Below, in pieces: positions 51,377 through 60,931 of a stretch of 63,106 nt of DNA. The position numbers were made by a program, and so were the translations under genes. Position 1 is the first letter of the stretch. Every line of letters begins with the position of its first letter. Below the pieces are notes generated by a model. It worked only from the letters and a program-made list of their open reading frames with translations, ran no database searches and was not told the origin of the DNA. The DNA is taken from NCBI GenBank assembly GCA_964572055.1, contig CAZNDY010000002.1, forward strand, positions 5,555 through 68,660, written 5' to 3'. The DNA is from an uncultured Gammaproteobacteria bacterium. GTDB taxonomy: Bacteria > Patescibacteriota > Patescibacteriia > Patescibacteriales > UBA12465.

Positions 51377-51931
51377 ATGAGTTTAAAAGAAAAATATCAA
51401 AAAGAAATAATACCCGCTTTAAAAGAGAAGTTTAATTATTCTAATGGGTTTTTAGTCCCTGGTATTAAGAAAGTTGTTATTAATGTTGGTTTTGGTCGAA
51501 GAGTTAAAGATAAGGATTATATTGATAATATCGAAAAAACTTTAATTAATATTTCGGGCCAAAAACCAGTTTTTACAAAGGCTAAAAAATCAATTTCATC
51601 TTTTAAAGTTAGAGAGGGTATGATTATTGGTGCCATGGTTACTCTTAGAGGTGAGAGAATGTATAATTTTTTAGAGAAATTAGTTAATGTTAGTTTTCCT
51701 AGGGTTAGAGATTTTAGAGGTATTTCAGAAAAATCAGTTGACAAACAAGGCAACTTAACTATTGGTTTTAAAGAAAATACAGCTTTTCCAGAAGTAAAGG
51801 TTGATGATATTAACAATATTCATGGTTTAGAGGTTATAGTTGATTCTAGTGCTAAAAACAGGGAAGAAGGTTTAGAGTTATTCAGGATGTTTGGTTTTCC
51901 TTTTAAAAAAGAGGAGAATAATAAAAAATAA
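51377..51931 (+). CDS. rplE: 50S ribosomal protein L5
   Basis: LKEKYQKEIIPALKEKF...KKVVINVG...GAMVTLRGERMYNFLEKL. Confidence 0.95.
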   Translation: MSLKEKYQKEIIPALKEKFNYSNGFLVPGIKKVVINVGFGRRVKDKDYIDNIEKTLINISGQKPVFTKAKKSISSFKVREGMIIGAMVTLRGERMYNFLEKLVNVSFPRVRDFRGISEKSVDKQGNLTIGFKENTAFPEVKVDDINNIHGLEVIVDSSAKNREEGLELFRMFGFPFKKEENNKK

Positions 51932-51946
51932 TTAAAAAATATTTAT

Positions 51947-52132
51947 ATGGCTAGACAAGCGTTAATTGTAAAAGCTAAAAGACAAGCAAAATTTTCAACT
52001 AGAAAAATTAATAGATGTTGGCGTTGTGGTAGAAACAAGGGATACATGAGGGATTTTGATTTGTGTCGTATTTGTTTTAGAGAATTAGCTGACAATGGAG
52101 ATTTACCAGGAATTAAAAAAGCAAGTTGGTAA
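51947..52132 (+). CDS. rpsN: 30S ribosomal protein S14, type Z (zinc-binding, 61 aa)
   Basis: [29 protein letters not shown]...[10 protein letters not shown]...PGIKKASW. Confidence 0.95.
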   Translation: MARQALIVKAKRQAKFSTRKINRCWRCGRNKGYMRDFDLCRICFRELADNGDLPGIKKASW

Positions 52133-52177
52133 TTCGACTATTTATTAAATTATATACTTTTATTTAATTAAAATATT

Positions 52178-52597
52178 ATGATAGATCCAATCGCAGACAT
52201 GCTAACCAGAATTAGAAACGCCTCTACTGTAAGAAAGGCCGATGTTCTTTTGCCAATGAGCAAAATAAAATTTAACATTGCCAAAATACTAGAGAAAGAG
52301 GGTTTTATAAGCAAAGCTGAAATAATTAAAGGTGGCCAAGATTTGCAAAAAAACAAAAGTTCAAAATTTGATCAAATCAGATTGGTTTTGAAGTATGAGG
52401 CTGATGGTCGACCAAGAATAAGCTCTTTAAAGAGAGTAAGTAAACCAGGAAGAAGAGTTTATATTGACAAAGATAATATCCCAACTATTTTAAATGGTTT
52501 TGGTTTAGCCATAGTTTCCACCTCTAAAGGTTTAATGACTAATATTGAGGCTAGAAAAAATAAAATTGGTGGAGAATTTATTTGTGAAATTTATTAA
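52178..52597 (+). CDS. rpsH: 30S ribosomal protein S8
   Basis: MIDPIADMLTRIRNA...GGEFICEIY. Confidence 0.95.
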   Translation: MIDPIADMLTRIRNASTVRKADVLLPMSKIKFNIAKILEKEGFISKAEIIKGGQDLQKNKSSKFDQIRLVLKYEADGRPRISSLKRVSKPGRRVYIDKDNIPTILNGFGLAIVSTSKGLMTNIEARKNKIGGEFICEIY

Positions 52598-52656
52598 TTT
52601 TTTAAGAAAAATGCTTTTGAAATTATTTTTAATTTTAAAATTATAATACCATTATT

Positions 52657-53196
52657 ATGTCAAGATTAGGAAAATTAGCAATCAAAATACCAAATGGAAC
52701 CGATGTTAAAATTGAAGGTAGAACAATAACTGTTAAAGGTCCAAAAGGTGAATTAAAAACGAGCTTTTTAAAAGAGGCTAAGGTTGAAGTTGTTGATGGA
52801 GAGATTATAGTTAAAGTTTCTAACCCAGAAAATAAGAAAGAAAAATCTTTGTGGGGTTTGTATAGAGCTTTGATAAATAACATGGTTGTAGGCGTCAATG
52901 ATGGCTTTGAAAAAAAATTAGAAATCAAGGGTGTCGGTTACAAGATGGCTGTTGCTGGAAATAAGATAAATTTCAATTTAGGCTTTTCACATCCAATAGA
53001 ATTTCCTTTACCTCAGGGAATTTCAGCTGTGGCAGAGGGTAATACTTTGACAATCAGTGGTATTGATAAGCAGTCTGTTGGTGAAGTAGCTGCTCAAATT
53101 AGAAAATTGAGAGCACCAGAGCCGTACAAAGGAAAAGGAATTAAATATAGTGATGAAGTTATTAGAAGAAAAGCTGGTAAGGCTGCTGCTAAATAA
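52657..53196 (+). CDS. rplF: 50S ribosomal protein L6
   Basis: MSRLGKLAIKIPNGTDVKIEGRTITVKGPKGEL...EPYKGKGIKY. Confidence 0.95.
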   Translation: MSRLGKLAIKIPNGTDVKIEGRTITVKGPKGELKTSFLKEAKVEVVDGEIIVKVSNPENKKEKSLWGLYRALINNMVVGVNDGFEKKLEIKGVGYKMAVAGNKINFNLGFSHPIEFPLPQGISAVAEGNTLTISGIDKQSVGEVAAQIRKLRAPEPYKGKGIKYSDEVIRRKAGKAAAK

Positions 53197-53228
53197 TTTA
53201 ATAATATTTATAAATAAATTTTTTACAT

Positions 53229-53588
53229 ATGAATAAGCAGAAAGAAAAAAATAACAAATTAGAAAGAAGGCATAAAAAAATCAGAATGAGAATTAGTGGC
53301 ACAGCCAATAAACCAAGATTAAGTGTTTTTAAATCTAATATTGGTATTTATTTGCAATTAATTGATGATGTTAGTGGAAAGACTTTGTTTAGTGTTAATT
53401 TTAAAGAATTAAAAGGAGCTGACAAAATGAAAAAGACCGAACAAAGCTTTAAATTAGGGAAGCTTTTAGGGGAAAAGGCTGTTAAGGCCAATATTTCAGA
53501 GGCAGTTTTTGATCGTGGTGGTTATAAATATCATGGAAGAGTTAAAGCTGTAGCTGACGGTGCTCGTGAGGCTGGATTGAAGTTTTAA
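53229..53588 (+). CDS. rplR: 50S ribosomal protein L18
   Basis: RHKKIRMRISGTANKPRLSVFKSN..IYLQLIDD...FDRGGYKYHGRVKAVADGAREAGLKF. Confidence 0.95.
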   Translation: MNKQKEKNNKLERRHKKIRMRISGTANKPRLSVFKSNIGIYLQLIDDVSGKTLFSVNFKELKGADKMKKTEQSFKLGKLLGEKAVKANISEAVFDRGGYKYHGRVKAVADGAREAGLKF

Positions 53589-53622
53589 TCATAATTTATT
53601 TATATATAAGTTTTTAAATATT

Positions 53623-54291
53623 ATGTCCGAAGAAAAAAAACAAGAAGAAAAAAAACAGGGAAATACTTCGACTGCCGGAGCAGCTGGGAACTCATTTAAT
53701 AATTCTGGTTTTAATAAGAAGAGAAAAGATTTTTCTGGTCGTGGAAAGAGATTTGGAGAGAGACCAAAGGAAGAATTTGAGCAAAGGATTTTAGACTTGG
53801 CTCGCGTAACCAGAGTTATGAAGGGTGGTAAAAGAATGAGTTTTAGAGCTTGCGTTGCTATTGGAGATAAAAAAGGAAGGATTGCTGTTGCTTTAGGTAA
53901 GGGTGCTGATGTTACTCTAGCTGTTAACAAAGCAGTAAATAAGGCTAAGAAAAATTTATTGGAAGTTCCTATCTACAATGACACTATAACTCATCAAATT
54001 AATGCCAAATTTGGTTCTGCTAAATTGTTGTTAAAACCAGCTGCTAAGGGTAGGGGTGTTATTGCTGGCGGTGTTATTAGAGTTATTTTAGATTTGGCTG
54101 GTATTAAAAACGTTACTAGTAAAATTTTAGGAACTAATAACAAGGTTAATAATGCTAAATGTACAATTTTGGCTTTATCAAAATTAAAAAGAAAAGCATC
54201 TTCTCCTAAGAAAGATTTTGAAAGTAAAAAAAATAAGGATGTAAATAATTTAGAAAAATCAGACAAAAAAGAAATTAAATCCAAAAAATAA
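53623..54291 (+). CDS. rpsE: 30S ribosomal protein S5 with N- and C-terminal K/E-rich extensions
   Basis: RVTRVMKGGKRMSFRACVAIGDKKGRIAVALGKGADV...; 222 aa. Confidence 0.94.
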   Translation: MSEEKKQEEKKQGNTSTAGAAGNSFNNSGFNKKRKDFSGRGKRFGERPKEEFEQRILDLARVTRVMKGGKRMSFRACVAIGDKKGRIAVALGKGADVTLAVNKAVNKAKKNLLEVPIYNDTITHQINAKFGSAKLLLKPAAKGRGVIAGGVIRVILDLAGIKNVTSKILGTNNKVNNAKCTILALSKLKRKASSPKKDFESKKNKDVNNLEKSDKKEIKSKK

Positions 54292-54311
54292 AAATAATTT
54301 TTATAAAAGAT

Positions 54312-54737
54312 ATGATTACACTAGATAGTATAAAAAAGGGAAAAGGAACCTTAAAGAAGAAAAAGAGAATTGGTAGAGGAAATTCTTCTGGTTCTGGTAC
54401 TTATAGCGGACGTGGTTTAAAAGGACAAAAATCTCGTTCTGGTGTTAGTCGTGGTAAATTGAAAAGATTAGGTATGAAACAAAATCTTTTAAAGATACCA
54501 AAGGTTAGAGGTTTTAAATCTTTAAGTGACAAAAACCAGGTTGTTAATATTAAGGCTATTAATGAAAACTTTAAGGACAATGAAGTTGTTAGTCCTGAAA
54601 CTTTATTAGCCAAAAAACTCATTTCTAAGAAAAATCAATCAGTAAAAATATTAGGAAAGGAATCTTTAACTGTTAAAGATTTGAAATTTGAAAATATTAA
54701 AATGAGCGATAGTGTTAAAAAAACATTAGAAAAATAA
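54312..54737 (+). CDS. rplO: 50S ribosomal protein L15
   Basis: KKKKRIGRGNSSGSGTYSGRGLKGQKSRSG; follows rpsE directly, with no L30 gene between. Confidence 0.93.
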   Translation: MITLDSIKKGKGTLKKKKRIGRGNSSGSGTYSGRGLKGQKSRSGVSRGKLKRLGMKQNLLKIPKVRGFKSLSDKNQVVNIKAINENFKDNEVVSPETLLAKKLISKKNQSVKILGKESLTVKDLKFENIKMSDSVKKTLEK

Positions 54738-54745
54738 TTTAAAAT

Positions 54746-56014
54746 ATGTTTGATAAAATAACAAAAATTTGGAAAATTAGAGATTTAAGAAACAATATTC
54801 TTTTTGTGTTATTGATGTTAGCTTTTTTTAGGCTTTTTGCTCATATTCCTGTTCCAGGTGTTAACGTCGATGTTTTGAGAGATATTTTTTCTTCAAATCA
54901 GTTTTTAGGGATGTTGAATGTTTTTTCAGGTGGTAGTATGGATAATTTTTCAATCGTTATGATGGGTATTGCTCCTTATATTACTTCATCTATTATTTTT
55001 CAATTATTAGGCATGATTATTCCTAAATTGGAAGAAATGCAGAAGGAAGAGGCTGGTCGTCAAAAAATTAATACTTGGACAAGGTTGGGTACAGTTCCTT
55101 TGGCCATGATTCAAGCTTACGGCATGATTAAATTACTTAATAGTTCAGGTGCTGGCATCTTGAGTGGTGGTTACTTTAATTTATTGACAATTATTATAAC
55201 TATAACAGCTGGAACAATATTTTTAATGTGGATTGGAGAACTTATTTCAGAAAAAAAGATTGGAAATGGTATATCTCTTTTAATCTTTGCTGGAATTATA
55301 GCAGGATTACCAACTGGTCTTCAGAGAATAATTTTTACTTTTGACCAATCTCAATTATTCATGCTTTTAGGTTTTATTTTTATAACCCTAATAACTATTA
55401 TTGGTATAGTCATTATTAACGAAGGTCAAAGAAATATTCCAGTTCAATATGCTAGGCAAATAAGGGGTAACAGGGCTTTTGGAGGAACAAGCACTCATTT
55501 GCCATTAAGGGTTAATACTGCTGGTGTTATACCGATTATCTTTGCTATTTCTATTATTGTTTTTCCAACAATGATTGCCCAATTTTTTGTTTCTTCTAAA
55601 TATGCTATTTTAGCCAATATTTCAACCTGGATAATAAAAGTTTTTGAAAATCAACTTTTCTATGGTATATTTTACTTTATCCTAGTTGTTGGATTTACTT
55701 ATTTTTATACTGAAATAGTATTTAAACCAGATCAGATAGCTGAAAATTTACAAAAACAAGGAGGTTTTATTCCGGGGATAAGACCGGGCAGACATACTAG
55801 TGAGTATTTACAGGGTATTAGTAGACGTATATTGCTTACTGGTTCTCTTTTCTTGGGTGTTATTGCTGTTTTACCTTTAATTATGAAGTATTTTACAGGA
55901 ATGCAAACCTTGGCTATTGGAGGAACAAGCATGTTAATCGTTGTTTCGGTTGTTATTGAGACGGTTAAGCAAATTGAATCTCAAATTACCATGAGAGACT
56001 ACGACAGTATTTAA
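54746..56014 (+). CDS. secY: preprotein translocase subunit SecY
   Basis: 10-TM SecY layout, IPVPGV, GIAPYITSSIIFQLL, GGFIPGIRPG motifs. Confidence 0.95.
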   Translation: MFDKITKIWKIRDLRNNILFVLLMLAFFRLFAHIPVPGVNVDVLRDIFSSNQFLGMLNVFSGGSMDNFSIVMMGIAPYITSSIIFQLLGMIIPKLEEMQKEEAGRQKINTWTRLGTVPLAMIQAYGMIKLLNSSGAGILSGGYFNLLTIIITITAGTIFLMWIGELISEKKIGNGISLLIFAGIIAGLPTGLQRIIFTFDQSQLFMLLGFIFITLITIIGIVIINEGQRNIPVQYARQIRGNRAFGGTSTHLPLRVNTAGVIPIIFAISIIVFPTMIAQFFVSSKYAILANISTWIIKVFENQLFYGIFYFILVVGFTYFYTEIVFKPDQIAENLQKQGGFIPGIRPGRHTSEYLQGISRRILLTGSLFLGVIAVLPLIMKYFTGMQTLAIGGTSMLIVVSVVIETVKQIESQITMRDYDSI

Positions 56015-56033
56015 TATTTTTTAAAATATATAG

Positions 56034-56063
56034 AAAAACAAGGACAAAATTCCTTGTTTTTTT
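56034..56063 (+). terminator. intrinsic terminator after secY
   Basis: AAAAACAAGGA-caaaat-TCCTTGTTTTT stem plus T run. Confidence 0.8.
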
Positions 56064-56101
56064 GTTGTTTTTTTAGTATAATAATTTTATTGTAATACTT
56101 A

Positions 56102-56401
56102 ATGATATGCAATATGTTGTCTAAAAAATTACCACCAACTGGTCATTCTTTTAAAATGAGTGGCAGTAGTGGTTTTGCTAGAAAGTTTTCTAGCATGGTT
56201 AATCATGGTCAATTTTCTAGTTTAAAAAATAATAAAGATTTGGCTATAAAAATTTTTAAAAAGTTAACAAAAACAATTAAAGACGATGGAAAAATACCAT
56301 TTTTTAAGAGAAGTAGAGCCCTTAGAGAGTTTGACAAAAATCCCAATACTAGTGATCAGGATACAAAAAATTTTAAGAAAATTTTAGAAAATTATAAATA
56401 A
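56102..56401 (+). CDS. hypothetical small basic protein (99 aa) at the position usually held by adk
   Basis: ORF between the secY terminator and map; no kinase P-loop; no motif recognised. Confidence 0.4.
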   Translation: MICNMLSKKLPPTGHSFKMSGSSGFARKFSSMVNHGQFSSLKNNKDLAIKIFKKLTKTIKDDGKIPFFKRSRALREFDKNPNTSDQDTKNFKKILENYK

Positions 56402-56405
56402 AAAA

Positions 56406-57239
56406 ATGATAGAGATTAAAACATTAGAAGAAATTGAAATATTAAAAGAAGGTGGAAAAATACTTTCTGAAGTTTTGAATGAGGTTTGTAAAATGGTTAA
56501 ACCAGGTGTTAATTCAGAAGATTTGGAAAATCTAGCGACTTCTTTAATAGAAAAAAATGGTGGTCGTCCAGCTTTTAAAGATTATCCGATGGGTGGTAAG
56601 ATTTTTTTTCCATCAACACTTTGTGTTTCTGTGAATAATGAGGTTGTTCATGGTACTGCCTTGCCAAATAAGGTTTTAAAATCAGGAGATATTGTTGGTT
56701 TAGATATTGGAATGGAGTGGCCAATTCAAACCAAAGAAGATGCTCAGAGAAATAATCGACCATATAATCATCGTTCCGAGGGTGGTGGTTTTTATACTGA
56801 TATGTGTCGAACTGTTCCAGTTGGTAAGGTGTCTAAGGATGCCTCTAGAATAATAAAAATATCTAAAGAGGCTTTATTTTTAGGGATAGGCAAGGCCAAG
56901 CCAGGCATGACTTTAAATGATATTGGTAAAACAATCGAAGATTTTGTTGTTAAAAATGGTTTTAGTGTTGTTAGGGATTTGGTTGGACATGGTGTTGGTT
57001 ATCAAGCTCACGAAGATCCTCATGTTTTTAATTATGAAATAGGTAATAAAAGTCGTGAAAATTTAGTTTTAAAACCGGGAATGGTTATTGCTATTGAGCC
57101 AATGATTAATGCTGGCAGGTTTAATGTTAAAGCAGCTAAGAACACTTATACTTTTGTAACTTCGGATGGGTCGCTTAGTTCTCATTACGAGCACTCAATT
57201 GCCATTGTTGAAGATGGAAATATAATTTTAACTGAATAA
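56406..57239 (+). CDS. map: methionine aminopeptidase, type I
   Basis: VNNEVVHG, GDIVGLDIG, GHGVGYQAHEDP, IEPM, HYEHS metal-ligand pattern; ~30-aa insertion after DIG. Confidence 0.92.
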   Translation: MIEIKTLEEIEILKEGGKILSEVLNEVCKMVKPGVNSEDLENLATSLIEKNGGRPAFKDYPMGGKIFFPSTLCVSVNNEVVHGTALPNKVLKSGDIVGLDIGMEWPIQTKEDAQRNNRPYNHRSEGGGFYTDMCRTVPVGKVSKDASRIIKISKEALFLGIGKAKPGMTLNDIGKTIEDFVVKNGFSVVRDLVGHGVGYQAHEDPHVFNYEIGNKSRENLVLKPGMVIAIEPMINAGRFNVKAAKNTYTFVTSDGSLSSHYEHSIAIVEDGNIILTE

Positions 57240-57619
57240 TGATTAAATATTTAGGGGTTGATTGGGGCGAGAAAAGAATAGGTTTAGCCCTAGCCAACAG
57301 TGAAAATAGAATATCTACCCCCTTTAAAACCGTTTTTAGTCCATCAGCTTTACTTGAGCTTGTGGAAGAGGAAGGGATAAATTTTTTAGTGATTGGTAAT
57401 CCCAGAAAGATGAGTGGTCAAGAAAGTGACAATAAAAATTTTTTAAGATTTATTAATTTTATTGAAAAAGAGTTATCTGGAAAAGGTATTCAGATAGCAT
57501 TGATTGATGAAAGGCTTTCTAGTTTGCAAGCTGACTCTATAATGAACAAAAAAATGAATAGCAATCGGGATTCTTTGGCGGCCATGATAATTCTTCAATC
57601 TTACTTAGATAAAAGATGA
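57239..57619 (+). CDS. ruvX: YqgF/RuvX-family putative pre-16S rRNA nuclease / Holliday junction resolvase-like
   Basis: YLGVDWGEKRIGLALAN...ALIDERLSS. Confidence 0.88.
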   Translation: MIKYLGVDWGEKRIGLALANSENRISTPFKTVFSPSALLELVEEEGINFLVIGNPRKMSGQESDNKNFLRFINFIEKELSGKGIQIALIDERLSSLQADSIMNKKMNSNRDSLAAMIILQSYLDKR

Positions 57620-58347
57620 TAAGAACTAAGGCTATAGTTTTAAATAGATTTCCACACAAAGAAAACGATTCTTTGATTTATTTTTATACTTTAGATTTTG
57701 GTAAGTTGGTTTTAACAGCTAGAGGTGCTAGGAAGCAATCATCTAAATTAGTGGCTCACCTTGAACCTTTTAATTTTGTGGATTTAATGATGATTAAAAA
57801 TAAAAATGGAGTTAGTGTTGGTAGTGTGATTAGTCAAGATTCTTTTTTAAATTTGAAAAACGATTATAATTCCTTGTTTTTAAGCGGTAAGATTTTTTCT
57901 TTTTTTAATCAACATGTTAAAGAGGGTCAAACAGATTTTGATCTTTTTATTTTTTTAAATAATTTTTTAAAGACCATTAATAATTCAGTGGAAAATATTA
58001 AGATTAAATCTTTAAAAGATCTTGATTTTTTAAGTGATATTTTAAAATTTAAACTTTTGGATTTATTGGGTTATTCCTATCAAACTTCTAGGTGCGTTGA
58101 GTGTTCTGGCGATAAAAATTTGAATTTTATTAGTTTAAATCGAGGTGGTGTTGTTTGTGATTCTTGCACTAATAAAGAAATTGTTAATAGAAGTTTGGAT
58201 AAAATAAGTCATTTAAAAATTAATAAAGATTTATTGTCTTTAAAAGAATTTGTTAAAAAAAATGATTTTTCTTTATTGCTGGATTTAAAAATAGACAAAA
58301 ATTTCCAAAATTTTATAAGAAGAAAAATAAACTATTTAAATTTTTAA
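57616..58347 (+). CDS. recO: DNA repair protein RecO
   Basis: N-terminal OB region (AIVLNRFPHKENDSLIYFYT), Cys4 zinc motif CVECSG...CDSC. Confidence 0.8.
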   Translation: MIRTKAIVLNRFPHKENDSLIYFYTLDFGKLVLTARGARKQSSKLVAHLEPFNFVDLMMIKNKNGVSVGSVISQDSFLNLKNDYNSLFLSGKIFSFFNQHVKEGQTDFDLFIFLNNFLKTINNSVENIKIKSLKDLDFLSDILKFKLLDLLGYSYQTSRCVECSGDKNLNFISLNRGGVVCDSCTNKEIVNRSLDKISHLKINKDLLSLKEFVKKNDFSLLLDLKIDKNFQNFIRRKINYLNF

Positions 58348-58359
58348 TATTTTTTACTA

Positions 58360-58388
58360 TTGATAAAAGACTTAAAATTAGTTAGAAT
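58360..58388 (+). promoter_or_regulatory. candidate promoter of scpA-scpB
   Basis: TTGATA-17 nt-TAGAAT. Confidence 0.45.
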
Positions 58389-58448
58389 GGATAAGTAAGG
58401 GTTTTTAATAAAATGCCCATTTTTTGGCTTGTTTTTATCAAAAATACT

Positions 58449-59180
58449 ATGATAGATATCAAAATAGATCAATTTCAAGGCCCTTTATCTTTACTTCTTC
58501 GGATTATAGAAAAAGAGGAATTAGATATTACCTCAGTCAGTCTAGCTAAAATAGCTGATGAATATTTGGAGTATATTCAGAATTCAAAGGATATTTTACC
58601 AGAAAGAATGGCTGATTTTTTATTAATGGCTAGTAAATTGATTTATTTGAAATCAAAAGCTTTGTTGCCATATTTATTTACCCCTGAAGACGAGGAAGAA
58701 ATTGAAGATTTAGAAAAGCAATTGAGGATGTATAAAGACTTTGTTGATTTAAGTGGTAAAATTCAAAAAATAATTGGTAGAAAAAAGTTTTCTTTCTCTA
58801 GAATAATTAATAAGAATAATCGTCGCTTTTCTTTTTTGGGTGAATATTTTTTTCCTCCAAAAAACGTTAAGCAAAATGACTTACATCATTCTTTTTTGAA
58901 AATATTAGAAAAAGTTAAAGTTGAAGAGGAAAAATTAGAGGAAGAAACGATTAAATCGGAGATAAGTATAGATGAGAGAATTTCTTTTATTAAAAATTTG
59001 ATAGATAAAAAAATTAAAATAAATTTTACTAAAATTTTAAAAGAAGCTAAATCTAAGACTGAAATAATTGTTAATTTTTTAGCTGTATTAGAATTATCTA
59101 AACAAAGACAATTAGTTTTTAATCAAGTTTCTTTATTTAGTGAAATTTATTTAGAAGAAAATCAGGAAGATGTTTTGTAA
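58449..59180 (+). CDS. scpA: segregation and condensation protein A (kleisin)
   Basis: MIDIKIDQFQGPLSLLLRIIEKEELDITSVSLAKIADEYLEYI typical ScpA N-terminus; ORF-track start 58413 adds 12 atypical residues. Confidence 0.88.
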   Translation: MIDIKIDQFQGPLSLLLRIIEKEELDITSVSLAKIADEYLEYIQNSKDILPERMADFLLMASKLIYLKSKALLPYLFTPEDEEEIEDLEKQLRMYKDFVDLSGKIQKIIGRKKFSFSRIINKNNRRFSFLGEYFFPPKNVKQNDLHHSFLKILEKVKVEEEKLEEETIKSEISIDERISFIKNLIDKKIKINFTKILKEAKSKTEIIVNFLAVLELSKQRQLVFNQVSLFSEIYLEENQEDVL

Positions 59181-59198
59181 TTTAATTAAAATAATTTT

Positions 59199-60026
59199 AT
59201 GAATATTAAGCGTTCAATCGAATCACTACTCTTTGTTTCTCCTAAGCCTTTATCTCTTAAGGAATTAGCTGATGTTTTAGATAAAAAAACAGAAGAGATA
59301 GAAAAAAACCTTCAAGAATTAATAAGTGATTGTAAAAATAATGACCGAGGCGTTCTTGTAATTGAAAATTCTAAAAAATACCAAATGTCTAGTTCTCCTG
59401 AAAGCGCTGCTATTGTTCAAAAATTTATGCAAAGTGAAGTTAGCGGAGAATTAACCCCAGCTAGTTTAGAAACATTAACTATTATTGCTTACAGGGGACC
59501 AATCAAGAAAAAAGATATTGAAAAAATTAGAGGCATAAACTGTAGTTTGATTTTAAAAAATTTATTAATCAGGGGTTTAGTTGAAGAGAAGTCAGCTGAT
59601 GAAGTCGAGGACAATATTTATACGGTTAGCCTTGATTTTGTTAAATTTTTAGGAATATCTAGTTTAAGCGATTTGCCTGATTATGAAAAATTTAATAATA
59701 ATGAAGAGATAGATAAATTGTTAGGAAAAATAAGCAGTCATGAGGGTGACAATTTAATTGACGGTAATGACCTGGAAAATAGCTTACCAACAGAAGATAA
59801 GAATAAGGAGGAGATTTTACGAGACGATAAAGAAGAAAAAAAGAATGAAGAAAATGAAGAGGGCGACGAAGAAGATGATAAAGAAAGTGAAGATGATGAA
59901 GATGATAAATATGATGAAGATGATGAAGAAGATGAAGAAGATGAAGTTAGTGACGATGATGATAAAAATTGTAGTGGGGATGGTGAAGAAAATAAAAAAG
60001 AAATTAATAATAATCTAGAGAAGTAA
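59199..60026 (+). CDS. scpB: segregation and condensation protein B with ~95-aa D/E-rich C-terminal tail
   Basis: IESLLFVSPKPLSLKELADVL...ETLTIIAYRGPIKKKDIEKIRG; acidic low-complexity tail. Confidence 0.88.
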   Translation: MNIKRSIESLLFVSPKPLSLKELADVLDKKTEEIEKNLQELISDCKNNDRGVLVIENSKKYQMSSSPESAAIVQKFMQSEVSGELTPASLETLTIIAYRGPIKKKDIEKIRGINCSLILKNLLIRGLVEEKSADEVEDNIYTVSLDFVKFLGISSLSDLPDYEKFNNNEEIDKLLGKISSHEGDNLIDGNDLENSLPTEDKNKEEILRDDKEEKKNEENEEGDEEDDKESEDDEDDKYDEDDEEDEEDEVSDDDDKNCSGDGEENKKEINNNLEK

Positions 60027-60032
60027 TTTTTT

Positions 60033-60926
60033 ATGTTTATTTTTGTTGTTTTTCATATTTTAATTTCTTCTTTGTTTGGTTTTGTCTCTTTGTTTGATTT
60101 TAATGATTATGGAGATGTTCGGAAGATTTGGCAGTTAGATAATTTTTCTGAAAAAATAGAAGAAATTAATAATTTAGATTTATCAGCTTCTTCGGTAGCG
60201 GTACTTGACCTTGATTCTAATTTTTTCTTATTTGAAAGAGAAGCTAATGAGACTCGTTCTATTGCTAGTATTAGTAAATTAATGGCAGCTTTAGTCTTTA
60301 TGGATCTTGATATCAATTTTGAGGATTATTATAAAATTCAAGCAAGTGATCGTCGTTTAGGTGGGAGAGATTATCTTTTCTTAGGTGAAGAGGTAAAAAA
60401 AATAGATTTATTGGCTTTATCTTTAATTCCATCCGACAATACCGCTGTTATTGCTTTAGCTAACTCTATTGGTTTAAGTGAGTCTGATCTTGTCAATAAA
60501 ATGAATGAAAAAGCCAAGGAATTAAAGTTGTATAAAACCTATTTTGAAGATGCAACTGGTTTAAGTAATAATAATGTTTCTACAGCTAAAGAGGTAGCAA
60601 TTATGACAGCCAAGGCTTTTGAAAATAAACTTATAGCTGACCTTGCTCAGAGATATAGTTATAATTTTGAAACCAAGAATGGTCGTGTTAAAAACGTAAA
60701 TTCTACCAATGAATTACTTGCTGGTTTTAAAGATTTAGAGGTTGATGGAAGAGTTATTTCTGGAAAAACTGGTTATAATTTTTTGGCAGGATATTGTTTG
60801 ACTTTAAAATTTTCTAATAGTGATGGCAAGGAGTTTATAAGCGTTGTTTTAAACTCTGGTAGTATTAGTAATCGTTTTCGTGACTCAGAAAAAATAATTG
60901 CCGAGGTAGCCGAAATTTATAAGTAA
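60033..60926 (+). CDS. D-alanyl-D-alanine carboxypeptidase (peptidase S11, PBP5/6-like)
   Basis: N-terminal signal/anchor; SISK (SxxK), SDN, KTG motifs in the correct order. Confidence 0.82.
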   Translation: MFIFVVFHILISSLFGFVSLFDFNDYGDVRKIWQLDNFSEKIEEINNLDLSASSVAVLDLDSNFFLFEREANETRSIASISKLMAALVFMDLDINFEDYYKIQASDRRLGGRDYLFLGEEVKKIDLLALSLIPSDNTAVIALANSIGLSESDLVNKMNEKAKELKLYKTYFEDATGLSNNNVSTAKEVAIMTAKAFENKLIADLAQRYSYNFETKNGRVKNVNSTNELLAGFKDLEVDGRVISGKTGYNFLAGYCLTLKFSNSDGKEFISVVLNSGSISNRFRDSEKIIAEVAEIYK

Positions 60927-60931
60927 GTTTT

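Noticed and set aside
53589-53930. 113-aa minus-strand ORF antisense to rpsE, and similar antisense ORFs within tuf, fusA, rplX, rplE, rplF, rplO, secY and others
   Set aside because: All overlap highly conserved ribosomal or translation genes on the opposite strand, so they are treated as spurious.
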